Shown here in pieces: positions 1 to 11,959 of a DNA stretch of 64,000 nt. A program made the position numbers and the translations under genes. The first letter of the stretch is position 1; each line of letters begins with the position of its first letter. Source of the stretch: Macrostomum hystrix (Eukaryota; Animalia; Platyhelminthes); contig CATNEN010000007.1 in the NCBI GenBank assembly GCA_950097015.1, positions 6,076,001 to 6,140,000 on the forward strand. The letters are read 5' to 3'. The notes beneath the pieces were generated by a model. It was not told where the DNA came from, ran no database searches, and saw only the letters and a program-made list of their open reading frames with translations.

Positions 1-104
1 AGCTAATACTAATAAGCTAAACAGATAGACAGGTAGGGGAGAAAGTACAATAAGAATGCGCGAGCGTAAACAAACACGGAGGAAGGAGAAGTAATACGAA
101 TAAT

Positions 105-425
105 AATAATAATAATAATTGCAGGAGGGCTGCGGGCAATGACACATCATTTAGTGACACTAGACCCTCAGCCAGCGAGGAGGCAATTCTGCCCATTTCG
201 CTGACTCCTGAGCACACACGCACTCAGATACTGTACGCAGGCATACACTCACACAGGTGTGTACATCTGCCCTGACTTTCTCATCGTCAGGCGGTGTACA
301 CTTCACTGTGCCTTGGAGGTTGGCCCTCAAGGGCGTAAATTGCACGACAAGCCCCCAAGCCTTCTCTCTGCGGCTGCGCCCCAAATAAATGTGGCCTCGC
401 CGTGGAATCGAACTTAGGGACCGTG
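105..425 (-). mobile_element. tRNA-derived SINE family A, 5'-truncated copy (B box retained, (ATT)n tail)
   Basis: Near-identical to copies at 21787-22070, 32966-33297, 57405-57548 and 63010-63228. Minus strand reads AAGTTCGATTCC (B box) ... CCTGACGATGAGAAAGTCAGG ... GCCTCCTCGCTGGCTG ... (ATT)n. Confidence 0.85.
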
Positions 426-514
426 GATGATTATTCAGTGGATAGTTAGTGGATGATCATTACATTGCATTGCAGTCAGTCTCGTGGCTCATGGACTCGT
501 GGCTTGTCCACCAA

Positions 515-705
515 CCTACGCCCTTGAGGGTCAACCCACAAGCCACAATGGGATCGTTATATACACTGCCTGACGATGAGAAAGTCCGTGCAGATGTACA
601 CACCTGTGTGAGCGTGTGTCTACGTACAGTATCTGTGTGCGTGTGTGCTCAGGAGTCAGCGACATGGGCAGAATTGCCTCCTCGCTGGCTGCGGGTCTAC
701 TGTCG
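515..705 (+). mobile_element. SINE family A, internal fragment inverted relative to the 105-425 copy
   Basis: TACGCCCTTGAGGG...CTGACGATGAGAAAGTC...GCCTCCTCGCTGGCTGCGGGTCTA matches the family body on the + strand. Confidence 0.85.
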
Positions 706-1173
706 CCAATTTATGCGACTTGTACTCATAGTAGTCGGATCATTGCTTTTAGATACAAAGTTTTTCGGGTCCATTTATTTTACATTGTGAGTTTTTTTCC
801 TGGCATTGCCTTCCTGTCCTCACCCTGTGTTTCATTGGCCATGTCGGGTAATATATTCATATGATTCCTTAGACAAGCTACATGCCCATCAAGCACTGAG
901 CATGTCAGGCCTGACAAGGTCATTCTATTTAATATTCAACCGCAATGAGCATTGATTGGCATGCCTTTCAAAATCTTGCGCCATCGGAGCCTGTTGAGTT
1001 CTAGCTCGTACTTGAAATGAAAGCTCTCGAGTCCTCGGTGGCCGAACCCGATTATTGCACGCGTTCGCATTCTCTCACCTGTCACTTTGGTTGATTAGTT
1101 CAGCTAGACTGATGGGCCTAGATCTAATTGATTTGTTTACATTTGTGTTTTCACTCTGGCACAATTTCTACAG

Positions 1174-1974
1174 CCGATTACATCAGCGTCTCGAAGGAGG
1201 CTAAGAAGATCTTTCACGATTTCAACATTCACTGCACCACCATTCAGCCCGAGTTCTCCGAGGTGAGTACCATCGATGGTAACCTGTCTCTATGGCAACG
1301 TATCTGTCCATCCTCAAGGCAGCGCATCTGATACCTTACTTATCCCCATAGCAACGCATCTATAACATTTATGTCCATGGTATTTCATGTCTTACCTTGT
1401 TCATCCCCATGGCAACGCATCTGCTACCTTGTTCATCCACATGGCAACGCATCTGCTACCTTGTTCATCCACATGGCAACGCATCTGCTACCTCCTTTTA
1501 TCCCCATGGCAACGCATCTGCTACATTGTTCATCCACATGGCAACGCATCTGCTACCTTGTTCATCCCCATGGCAACGCATCTGCTACCTTGTTCATCCA
1601 CATGGCAACGCATCTGCTACCTTGTTCATCCCCATAGCAACGCATCTGCTACATTGTTCATCCCCATAGCAACGCATCTGCTACATTGTTCATCCCCATA
1701 GCAACGCATCTGCTACATTGTTCATCCACATGGCAACGCATCTGCTACATTGTTCATCCCCATAGCAACCCTTGCTTTATTTCTCTAGCACGCCGACTGC
1801 CATGACCACGCGGTATCGGACTCGCAATGCATGATCGACTGCGGCAACCAGTGTGAGGCCCGCACCAACTGCTGCGCTAACGCTGCGGCTTCGGCCAACT
1901 CAGCTACTGCGAATTCCGAATCAGGCAGCGAGGACGGCAATCAGCAACATCAGCAGCCACAGCTGAGCGTCTGA
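1174..1974 (+). CDS. SLC30A1: Zinc transporter ZnT1/SLC30A1-like (CDF family), last two exons; gene begins upstream of the window
   Basis: Exon 1174-1262 (cag|...gag|gtgagt) encodes DYISVSKEAKKIFHDFNIHCTTIQPEFSE, containing the ZnT1/ZnT10 HxTTIQPEF motif. Exon 1789-1974 encodes the Cys-rich tail CMIDCGNQCEARTNCC (ZnT1 CELACRTQCALKQCC-like) and ends at TGA. Confidence 0.85.
1340..1770. repeat. 32-bp intronic minisatellite (CATGGCAACGCATCTGCTACCTTGTTCATCCC)
   Basis: About 12 tandem units fill most of ZnT intron 1263-1788. Confidence 0.95.
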
Positions 1975-2469
1975 CTTGACACCGTCTGAGGTTTTTTCGT
2001 CTTTGATTTTTCGTCACTCTGTACTTGTGTACCTGTTTGCCCCTTATCTCTCCTTTCTGTCTCTGTTCTACCGTTCTGTCTGCATCTAAGTGTAACTGAA
2101 GAGTGCACAGTTACTGTCAGGTCATCAACTTTTAAACACAATTGTTATCTGTTAACCAGTGATAGGATCGTTGCTCTCGTGTACATATAAAGCCAAAAGC
2201 TAAGAGCTGTCTCTAAATTTGGTGTCCATTCACTGTGATCTGAGATGACTGCTCTATTTGGACCCAACATGAGCAGTTAAACCGCTTTTTCTCGGTGCGC
2301 TTTTTAACTACCATTCTACCAGCAATAGCATTGCTATTCTGATTTAGGGCACTCAAAGTCAGCTCTGTGCTGATCTCAAACTTGGTCGATTCTGTGTGGA
2401 TGTTCTAGAATTCATTGCATGAACTGTCTGGCCCTTTAAATTTGATCACATGGACCAAAGCAGCAAAAC

Positions 2470-3110
2470 AGGAATCTGCTTCCCTGACCCACTACAATCT
2501 GCTTCCCTGACCCACAGCAATCTGCTTCCCTGGCCCACTGCAATCTGCTTCCTTGACCCACAGCAATCTGCTTCCCTGACCCACTACAATCTGCTTCCCT
2601 GACCCACTGCAATCTGCTTCCTTGACCCACAGCAATCTGCTTCCTTGACCCACAGCAATCTGCTTCCTTGACCCACTGCAATCTGCTTCCCTGACCCACT
2701 ACAATCTGCTTCCCTGACCCACAGCAATCTGCTTCCCTGACCCACTACAATCTGCTTCCCTGACCCACTGCAATCTGCTTCCTTGACCCACAGCAATCTG
2801 CTTCCTTGACCCACAGCAATCTGCTTCCTTGACCCACTGCAATCTGCTTCCCTGACCCACTACAATCTGCTTCCCTGACACACAGCAATCTGCTTCCTTG
2901 ACCCACAGCAATCTGCTTCCCTGACACACTACAATCTGGCTCCCTGATCCACTACAATCTGCTTCCCTGACCCAGTACAATCTGCTTCCCTGACCCACTA
3001 CAATCTGCTTCCCTGACCCACAGCAATCTGCTTCCCTGACCCACAGCAATCTGCTTCCCTGACCCATAGCAATCGGCTTCCCTGACCCACAACAATCAGT
3101 TTCCTGACCA
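2470..3110. repeat. 23-bp minisatellite (CAATCTGCTTCCCTGACCCACAG)
   Basis: Direct tandem units visible. Confidence 0.95.
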
Positions 3111-3639
3111 AAATATCTGATGCTATGAAAATCTAAAGGTAATGGGATCACTGGTTCAACTAAACAGGATCGCCTGGGCAGACAATTGTCATATTTAATC
3201 GTTGCTTCAAAAGCATTCAAATATGACTTATTTACGCACACCGACGCAATTTCCAGTTTTGCACCTACCTCAATCAATCTTTTCGTTTTGTCTAAATAGT
3301 TCAATTCGTCATTATTGATTTGGGACATAAAGTTCAATCGGAACTGTAGCTGATGGTTTATGTGCACAGTTCTTGATCCACTCTCTAACCGTCACGCTTG
3401 CTAACAGGATTCTAAGATTTTGATGCTGGTTGTAATGTTTTCCGTTGTTTTTTTCTTTTGCGAGTAAAAAGAAAATATCTCGCACTAGCCTGTATTATGC
3501 AATTCGCAAATCCTGTCTCATGCTGATTATAATGCGAGTACCCGCAAGTATTGAAAAGCGAAAATTGCACGCAAGTATGGCATGCATATCAGCTCGTGGA
3601 GTCAGCTAACATCTTTGAGAGGCGCAGCGTGGTCGTTTC

Positions 3640-4680
3640 ACAGCTAGCTAAAAAGCCTGTTCTAATAATCTGATTGGCTCCCGCTGCCCCACCTCTCTCC
3701 ACCAGTCTTGCCCGAGTCCCCCCAATCAAGTCCCTGGACTGTCACCTACCCACCCGACTCCAACTTTCTTCACTCGTGAAAAAGGCTCGCGCTCATTGGC
3801 TGTCGCCTATCCACCCCACTCCAACTCGTTCAACTCGTAAAACTGCGCGCTTATTGGCTGTCGCTAGCCCACCTCATCCCAGCCTCTTGCGCAGCAGGCT
3901 TTCGCCACACACCCGACCACACTCCTATCTAGACTGTTCCGCAGTTGTTTTACATAATCTTAGGCTTAGCCTAAATAGTCCAGACCGAAAGTTTCATTTA
4001 AAATCCATTCCTCTGTTTGCTTTCCCCGTGTGTGTCGCTGTTATTCCCAGTCTCCTTTTTTCTTTAATGCGCAACTTTTTATTGTAGTCCTGCCGCCTAT
4101 TTTATAAATTTATTTGATACTTGCATAATTGGCTTTTTAATTTTAATTCGTCCCTAACAAGTAGTATATTGTGAATGTTATCATTTTTTTGCTTACCGAC
4201 CGACTAGTCAGTAAGCCTGCGACAGTGCGCAATAATTGAAGTTGTTTTTTTTCTCGCCAACAGTCACTAGTTTCCTTATTGTTGGCCAGCGTATCTGCAA
4301 TTTGGTTTTCGATGAAATACAGTAAGATAGCATGCCTGTGCAATGTGCTCCGTATTTGTTGGAGATTGTCCGGCTTTTAGTGACCGCTTTCTTTTTTCTA
4401 CCTGATATGCTCATTTTTGCTATCGTATAATTCGCTAAAAAAGACAACCCTAACTCGATTCAATTGAATGCCTTTCTTATTTTAAATAAAATTTCGACAA
4501 TCTTCGTAAGGAGCCTATCGTAACAGCTGGCTAAAAAGTCCGTTATAATTGGCTCCCACAGCCCCACCCCTCTCCACCATTCTTGCCCTCACTCGGGAAA
4601 AAGGCGCGCGCTCATTGGCTGTCGCCTATCCACCCCACTCCAACTCCAACTCGTAAAATTGCCCTTTCGCGCGCGCTTGT
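3640..4680. repeat. Dispersed duplicated CCAAT-rich segment (about 3640-3900 and 4524-4680)
   Basis: Both copies share CAGCTRGCTAAAAAG...ATTGGCTCCC...AAAGGCNCGCGCTCATTGGCTGTCGCCTATCCACCCCACTCCAACTC...CGTAAAA. Confidence 0.75.
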
Positions 4681-5453
4681 CGAGACAGCTTTAAGAAATC
4701 TCCAGTGTCAACAGTTCCAAGTTCAATGGTGGCACAGCTGTAGGGCTAACCAAAAGACACGCGAAGGGGCGTCTTAATTGACCTGATGAAATTTTAAACT
4801 TTTTTAACATACTAGCATTATTACTTTCTCAACGTCCGGCAGTGTACACTCTGATTGTGCCTTGGTGGTTTGTCGTCATGGGCGTAAATAGCTCAATCGC
4901 GCAAAATCGAGCTCAGAGCTTAGTGTTATTTAACCAGAGCTGGGCTACCTGGAGCATTCGATTTACTTTCTCTAGGTTGTCAATGCCTAAATATTAGAAA
5001 TTTACAGCGCGCAGATTTATGTACTGCACAAATTAGTCACTGGAACCAAGCCTTGCGATTAAGATTTGAAGCATCGGTGCGACGACTAAAAAGCGAGCAG
5101 TTTTGTTTCAATTTAAGAGGCCGGCTTGAGCTGCCACAGTCGGCAGGCTTGGCTAAATTTGGCCGGAGCTCCAGCCCGTGACTGACAAACCTTTCTATGT
5201 GAATGGAGTGACGGAAACAGACGGTTAGAGGAAAAAAGTTCAAAAGAAACAAAAGATTTTTGGAACTCACCGGTGGGAAAATTCTCCTCAGGGCTTCGGA
5301 AACATTTTCCACTCGCAGCTCGTCGCTGATTGGACAGTCCCTTACAACGGCCAAGTGGTCACAGCCGCTGTATGGGTCCATTTAACCACTGACCTAGAAT
5401 CTAGGCGGATTGACTGCGCGGATTCGATTCTCTCCCGATCGACAAATTTAGCC

Positions 5454-6980
5454 ATGCGGACCACATCGATTTTCTTGACGATCTTCTGTCGATCCACTGA
5501 GCCACTGACACAGCTGCTGCTGATGCTGCTGCTGCTGCATTCGACTGCGTCAATTGTTGTCGCAGCTCCTGAATCGATCGACTCAGCTCAGGCTATTGAA
5601 TTTCTCGAGGCGCTCCAGTCGGCGGGGGCCAACTTCGGCGGTGCTGGCGGTAGCGGCAGCGGTGGCGGTGGCGGCGATTTCGGCATTCCGCCGCCTCCAG
5701 ATCCGACCATGTTCCGGACGCCGGAAGATCTGAAGGAGTATCTGGAGAGACTGCAGCTTTACTATGCTCTTGTGGGCCTGCCCAGGTGAGATGTCAGTCA
5801 GTTGTGTCGCTTTCTGAGATGTCAGTCCGGTGAGTCACTCTCTGAGATGTCAGTCCGGTGAGTCACTCTCTGAGATGTCAGTCCGGTGAGTCACTCTCTG
5901 AGATGTCAGTCCGGTGAGTCACTCTCTGAGATGTCAGTCCGGTGAGTCACTCTCTGAGATGTCAGTCCGGTGAGTCACTCTCGGAGATGTCAGTCCGGTG
6001 AGTCACTCTCTGAGCTGTCAGTCCGGTGCATGTCACTCGCTAAGATGTGTCATCCAAGCTAACCAGCCCAGTTCTAAAGCATTCCTACAACAAATGTTAT
6101 GCAACGATAGATATCACAGATAGTATATATCTACTACGCTCTTGAGATCTACTATATAGTATGTCTACTACGAGTGTCTATACTATTGATGCAAAAGGTG
6201 CACTTTTCATTCCGCTTCATGCCCTCTCCGATTAACCTAATTGACATTGGGTGATTTGACAGCCATCATGCAATGAGATTTGGAGAATGATGCAGTATAG
6301 AATCTGCAACAGGACTCCCTTTTTGAGCCGCTGGAAGATGAGATGAAAATCTCGGCAAGCTGGTCGCCACAGATCTGTCTGTTTGCCAAGCAATGTTCCC
6401 GGATCTGTCCCGCAACCACTAGTATCCATACATTCACCTGGGCACATGCAGATTTCATCAAGGATGTCAATGTTGATTTATCTGGATGAGGAGAAAAACT
6501 AATAAAATCCTGCATCTTCATTTTATCCTGGCAAATATGGCGGTGAAATGACGTTCCGGGAAAAGCCTGAGATCTTAGGTTCGAATCAGTTTGGAGGCCA
6601 CATTAACCTAGCTTTCAGTAATTTGAGAAATGACCTTCATGTAAAAGGTATTTGAAGTGACATTAAGCTGGGGATCAGCTTACACAAGATTTGTCTGCTG
6701 CAAGGCACTGCTTAAAGGCATCTAAAAATAGCACCAAATAACACCTATCAGAAGGGGTTCACAGAACAATGCTATATGCTAAGTGACAATGCTAAGTTTG
6801 TTTGAGAATGAGATTTGCACTTTATCAAGCCAGAAGAATTCTGTTGTCCTGTCGCCCAATTCCAGGTTCGGCAAGCGAGCTGAGCCCGGCACACGTTCTT
6901 GGACTTTTCGAAAGCCGTCACCTTCGAGGGCCGATCGTCAACAGCTGCGTGATCGCATCGAAGGAGTGCTGGTCTTTTGA
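5454..6980 (+). CDS. npf: Neuropeptide Y/F (NPF) family precursor, 2 coding exons
   Basis: Exon 5454-5785 has a hydrophobic signal-like stretch, then PPPPDPTMFRTPEDLKEYLERLQLYYALVGLP-R. The phase-2 intron splits the Arg codon (AG|gtgag...ccag|G), the conserved NPY/NPF intron position. Exon 6866-6980 gives F-GKR (amidation and dibasic site) plus a C-terminal peptide and TGA. Confidence 0.93.
5790..6030. repeat. 28-bp minisatellite starting at the NPF splice donor (GTCAGTCCGGTGAGTCACTCTCTGAGAT)
   Basis: About 8 units immediately after donor 5786. Confidence 0.95.
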
Positions 6981-9900
6981 GCAGATGGACACTGTGTGAC
7001 GTTACGACAGTCTGCCCACACTGCTTGTAGATATTGTGCAATATCTAACTAACATTAGATAGCTCAAGAATGTTAACTGATCACGGAGGACTGTGAAATC
7101 TCTGTTAACGAAATAAAAAACATCCAAGATAATCCGTGTCTGGCCCCATTACAACTAAGAAGCTACCATTTACCATTTTACCACGCGAATGCCGCGTGAT
7201 AGATAACCTTGACACAAAAAATTCTGCTATTCTTTCAAGGTCCAACAAACAGCACGTGACCTTGGCTAAGCTTGGCTAGCTGTGGCATATTCTTGACTGT
7301 TATTATAACATATTGAACAGACTATTTTCAATTCCAAAATAATGCTAAATTGGATTGAGTCAGCTTTGGTTGAAACACTGTGTCAGTCTCAATCAGGAGT
7401 CAAAGTCTGCTTGTGATAGCTGATAGCTCTTTGTTGTGTGTTTAGTCGCTCTGGTTCTCTGTAACAGTTGAGCAGAATGACGTTTCAGCTGCTCAAGGTA
7501 ATATCAACGTGAATTAAATAAACCTATATGGCCGTTGTGAGGCTCACGGACTGTCTCTGACACTCAGGAGGTCTTTTGAAGTTTTAAACAACACCTTGAA
7601 TTTATTTAGACTTTAAAAGATTCTCTTTTCAACATTTGACTAATCTGCACGTCCCAGCCGTCCCAGCTGATGCCGTGGTAACCCCTAAATATTTCATACT
7701 TTTTTGTAGACGCATAAAGTGTCCCGTTCAAGCAATGAGGACTGACAAATAGGGCTGAGCATCAATCTCGTATGCGCAAAGAATTGTACTGATTTGAGGC
7801 TGCTATGTTATAGACTGGTTGGGGGCAGTGACCCACGAACAGCTCGTAAGCCCACCGCTTGTAGCTTGTCGTTTCCCTACTCTTGTTTTTTCTTGTTATA
7901 CAATAGTTACGCAATTTGTGTTTAAAAAATCAACAGATTTGTTTTAATCTAGCGCAGTTTTCGCTACCTGTTGCAATGCGACAACTGAAGTCGAAGTGTG
8001 TAATTAGCAGTTTGTAAATCTGAATAAGTGTTGGGAGGGCTCCGTGTGATAATTATGCTCGATCCGGTTTCAAAGCAAGCCTTCCCAATTGCTCATCTAA
8101 AAAAAGAAGTAATTTCTGCTCTAAATTGTTTCCCAATGGGTTATTAGCAATTTCCCTTAAACTGCTTTGAACAAACCATTTTCGCACAGCTGCTCGATCC
8201 GCGTGCTTCTTTTAATTTGCTGCTTTTCGCAGAATTGAACAAATTATAGAGAATGCTCATTCCTTTGAATGTCTAATTATATGTAGGTAGTTGCTTTTTG
8301 AGGAGCCGTTCGACCATCTACTCAGAGTATGTTAGATAAAATTACCGTCGTAAAAGCAAGCGGCTTCAAGAATTGCTGCGGCGGATTCGGAGGAAATATT
8401 ATTCCCTGGCGCCGCATTCGAAGAAGTTAAGATATCTAGAACTCTGTGCAAGAGCTCCACTCTTAAACATGTAGTCTAGCTGCTTCTAAGCTTCTTAAAT
8501 TAATATATGGTCCAAGAAATGTGTCCAAAGCAAAGCCAATGAGTCTTTTATAGTCCAATTAAATCTATCGAATTCTTTCTTGGGTTCTTCACTCACTCTT
8601 ATTATGCATGTCAATAGAAGTAAAACACGTAAATCTAAATATTTTTTCAGGACAAGCTACCACTTTTATATCAGCTAAATTATCTTAAAACAGAAGGATA
8701 AATCAGGAATAGGAACTTTTTCCGAATAGAGTAGGTTTTGTTATGTTGATGCCATAAGTGGAGTATTTCGGAAAATCGTTTTGGACACTTCCTTGTGCAT
8801 GATCGTTGTCGCAAGATCCTTGTGTTGACGTTGACAGGTAATTACTTGGCTTTTTGTCTTCTGCGCCGTCACTACCAGCAGCTTTTTTTCGTACGATACA
8901 TCCTATGCTATTTTCATGCAGCACGTCATGTATCAGTATTATATTGTTGAAAGCAGTTCATAGCTACATTTTATGACTGCGGAAATTAACAGATTCAACA
9001 GAATTAATTGGTACTCAGTAAGGTATTTAGCAAATTATTTAGCTTTTTTAAATTAAAAAATTGAATATTCTGGAGCATATAAACTAGAAGATTACGAGAC
9101 TAAAATAAACCGAATTTTTTGTTATAACGTGCTTTTATAAGTATGACGCTTGCAGTGCAGCTATGGCACCAAAATTTAACGTGTTATTTTTTTAACAATT
9201 TTGTGCACAAATAGAGAATAGTACTCAGCTTGTCTTTTGTGCTTGCACAGGACACTGTGTATATTTCTTACTAGCTGTATTTGGTGTAGCATAAATTATT
9301 TTGTAGCTTGATAGTTTATAAAACAATGTCACAGACAATAACAGGGACAAAATCCTCTGTGAACATATTCAAATTATTACTACACTAATCATATCATATA
9401 AGTGCAAATCAATTAAATGTATAATAACTGCTCCACTATCCGAAAACTGGATTTATCGTCTAAACCTAAATGATATATTTGTAATAAACGTTGCTAAGAT
9501 AAATACTGACAAGGGATTTTCATGCATTTGGACTATAAAATCTTGGCAGATCATGTCCAACAGTATTTGTCATTTTTGTCATTTTTCAACAAGGAGTTTG
9601 CGATGCATTGGATTTTGATTGAACTAGTTTAGTTAATAGGGCTCCTTTATATGTAGAAAGAAAATATATAATTCTAAATAACAGTATCTGATTGCTTTTG
9701 GAACAAAACAAAACAAATTTTAAGATTTGACATTTAAGAAGTTTAGGAAATTTAAGAAATAATCCATTTTAGAAATATTACTCACTGGAGATTGAAAATC
9801 GTTGCGTCACATCGGAAGTTTCTATTGCATTATAGTGTTCATATTCCTTTTATTTATTTTCTTTTTGATAACGAAAATGAGCTCATTAATTTACCGAATC

Positions 9901-10048
9901 TATCTGCTAGAAGTGTGATTTCAAATGAATCGTTTGAAATCGAAAAATAATTCTAGACTTCAATATTAAAGCGAGAGCACTCGCTTCTCTATCTCGTTAA
10001 TTAGACCGACAATTCGTGCCTACCTTATTGATATTCAGCCTAATCGTG

Positions 10049-10740
10049 ATGGCTGCCAGAAACTGCTATAGCAAGTACAGCATGGATCCGGCCTTCACTG
10101 GTCCCAAGATTGTCACTCCGCCTAACAATTACCTGTCTGGCGACGGCAAGTCTGAGGTGTACTCCGGCGCCGGCTGGTACGTGCCCTCCGAGCGGCGCTG
10201 GCAGCGCTATCACGAGTACACCGCCCTGCCCAGCACCTCCAGGCGAGACGCCATCGACTTCCAGAGCGAGGACCAGTTTGTACAGTTCCGCCAGGCCCGC
10301 GACCGGCCGAAAGGTGGGTGGCTCTCGAATGGTGCAACAGCTGTTCGAAATGCTCAAAATGCCCAGCCTCGAATGTCCAGTTTCAATCCAATGTCCAGCC
10401 TCGATCCAATGTCCAGCCTCTATCCAATGTCCAGCCTCTCCAGTGTTTGAGCTACACACAAAGCAAACTGCATCCCATTCCAGCCCCGATGATCACCTCC
10501 TACATTCCCGGAGACAAGCCGGCCGACCTAAAACTCGACGGCTACCGGCGTGACGACACTGTGGTGCCGGCGCACAGCCAGTTCTCCACATACGAGCGCT
10601 TTCCCCGCTGGCAGGGCTCCGGCTACTATGGCTACTACCACGAGGCCCTGGACCTTCACGACGGCGGCCGCATGAAGACCCTGCCTGCGCTGCCCCGCTA
10701 CCCCGGCTATCCTCTGGTCAGCAGTGTCACCGGCATCTGA
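10049..10740 (+). CDS. Unidentified 2-exon protein (about 173 aa, Tyr/Pro/Arg-rich; possibly an axonemal microtubule-inner-protein type)
   Basis: ATG 10049; exon 10049-10313 (aaag|gtgggt); exon 10484-10740 (ttccag|), phase 1 joined in frame. Strong GC3 codon bias like the other genes here. Family not recognised with confidence. Confidence 0.75.
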
Positions 10741-10879
10741 GGCCCGCTCTGCGGCGAGGCCTTTTCGAACTGGTTGAACGAACTGAACCTCTGATTTCCT
10801 CGCTCACTACAATGACCACTAGTAGATAGAATAATTCTCTTAGTCCAAACATGAAGTACATAGCTATGAGGATGGGGAT

Positions 10880-11350
10880 CTAAATCTGCTTCGATTCTGA
10901 ATCCTCCTTCGATTCTAGTTCCTTCCTCGATTCTGGATTCTGCTTCGATTCTGGATCCTGCTTCGATTCTGGCTCCTGCTTCGATTCTGGCTCCTGCTTT
11001 GATTCTATCTCTTGCTTCGATTCCAGTTCCCGCTTCGATTCTGGCTCCTGCTTCGATTCTGGATCCGGCTTCGATTCTGAATACTGATTCGATTCTAGTC
11101 CCTGCTTCGATTCTAGTTCCTGCTTCGATTCTGGCTCCTGCTTCGATTCTAGTTCCGGCTTCGATTCTGAATCCTGCTTCAATTCTGGCTCCTGCTTCGA
11201 TTCTATCTCTTGCTTCGATTCCAGTTCCTGCTTCGATTCTGGCTCCTGCTTCGATTCTAGTTCCTGCTTCGATTCAGAATACTTCTTCGATTCTAGCTTC
11301 TACTTTGATTCTGGATCCTGCTTCTATTCTGGATTCTGCTTCGATTCTTG
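10880..11350 (-). repeat. 18-bp minisatellite (CTGCTTCGATTCTGGATC), left arm of an inverted pair
   Basis: Reverse complement of the 11960-12925 array. Confidence 0.92.
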
Positions 11351-11959
11351 ACCTTGAAACTAAAAATTCAGCGCCACGCTACTATCTCTCAATGCATATT
11401 TTCTTATCGCATAGGAGGATAAATATAGTCTAGCTTGCTATACAGTGGTCCTTGACTCAATAAACGCTCTGTTTACTGATAGTAGCAAGTGAAGCTTTTC
11501 ACTCTCTGATAGCTAGAATCTCAATACTCTGCACTATAAGTGTTTTGAATTGGTTTGCATATGCAACAATTATGGCGGAAAATTGTTTATTAACTAGGAG
11601 CTATTTACTGAAATAGCTCGTAGTAATATCTATGTTGATTTTTTAATTAATAAAAAACTGTCCGCTTTTTATCTTCTTTCAAAGCCACTGCTGCCACTTT
11701 TAAGTTTTTTTTGTTTGTTTGTCGCTTTTACAATGCTGCCAATTATTTGGAATGCAGCCAGTTGATCAGTCCAAAGTACGAGTATATGCAGAGAATATAA
11801 AGAAATAGCACTATTAGACTAGCATCTCCTACTTTCTGCTTTCCTTTTCCAAGAAACCCACAATTTGATGGAGAGTTACCTCATTTCTAAAAACGCACAA
11901 ATTGCTATTTTTAACCTTTCGCTTTGCTAATGAACGCAGTTGCCAGGAAAGCCGGACTC

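Noticed and set aside
565-600. CTGACGA...GAAA hammerhead-like core in SINE A
   Set aside because: Only 3 nt lie between the motifs, there is no stem III/NUH, and CTGAC pairs with GTCAG as a simple hairpin in most copies.
660-705. GCCTCCTCGCTGGC in SINE A, identical to P3-L3 of the genomic HDV ribozyme, near GCGA(A/C)ATGGGC
   Set aside because: Element order is wrong, the GG for P1.1 is missing after the would-be P1 strand, and these bases are better explained by local hairpins.
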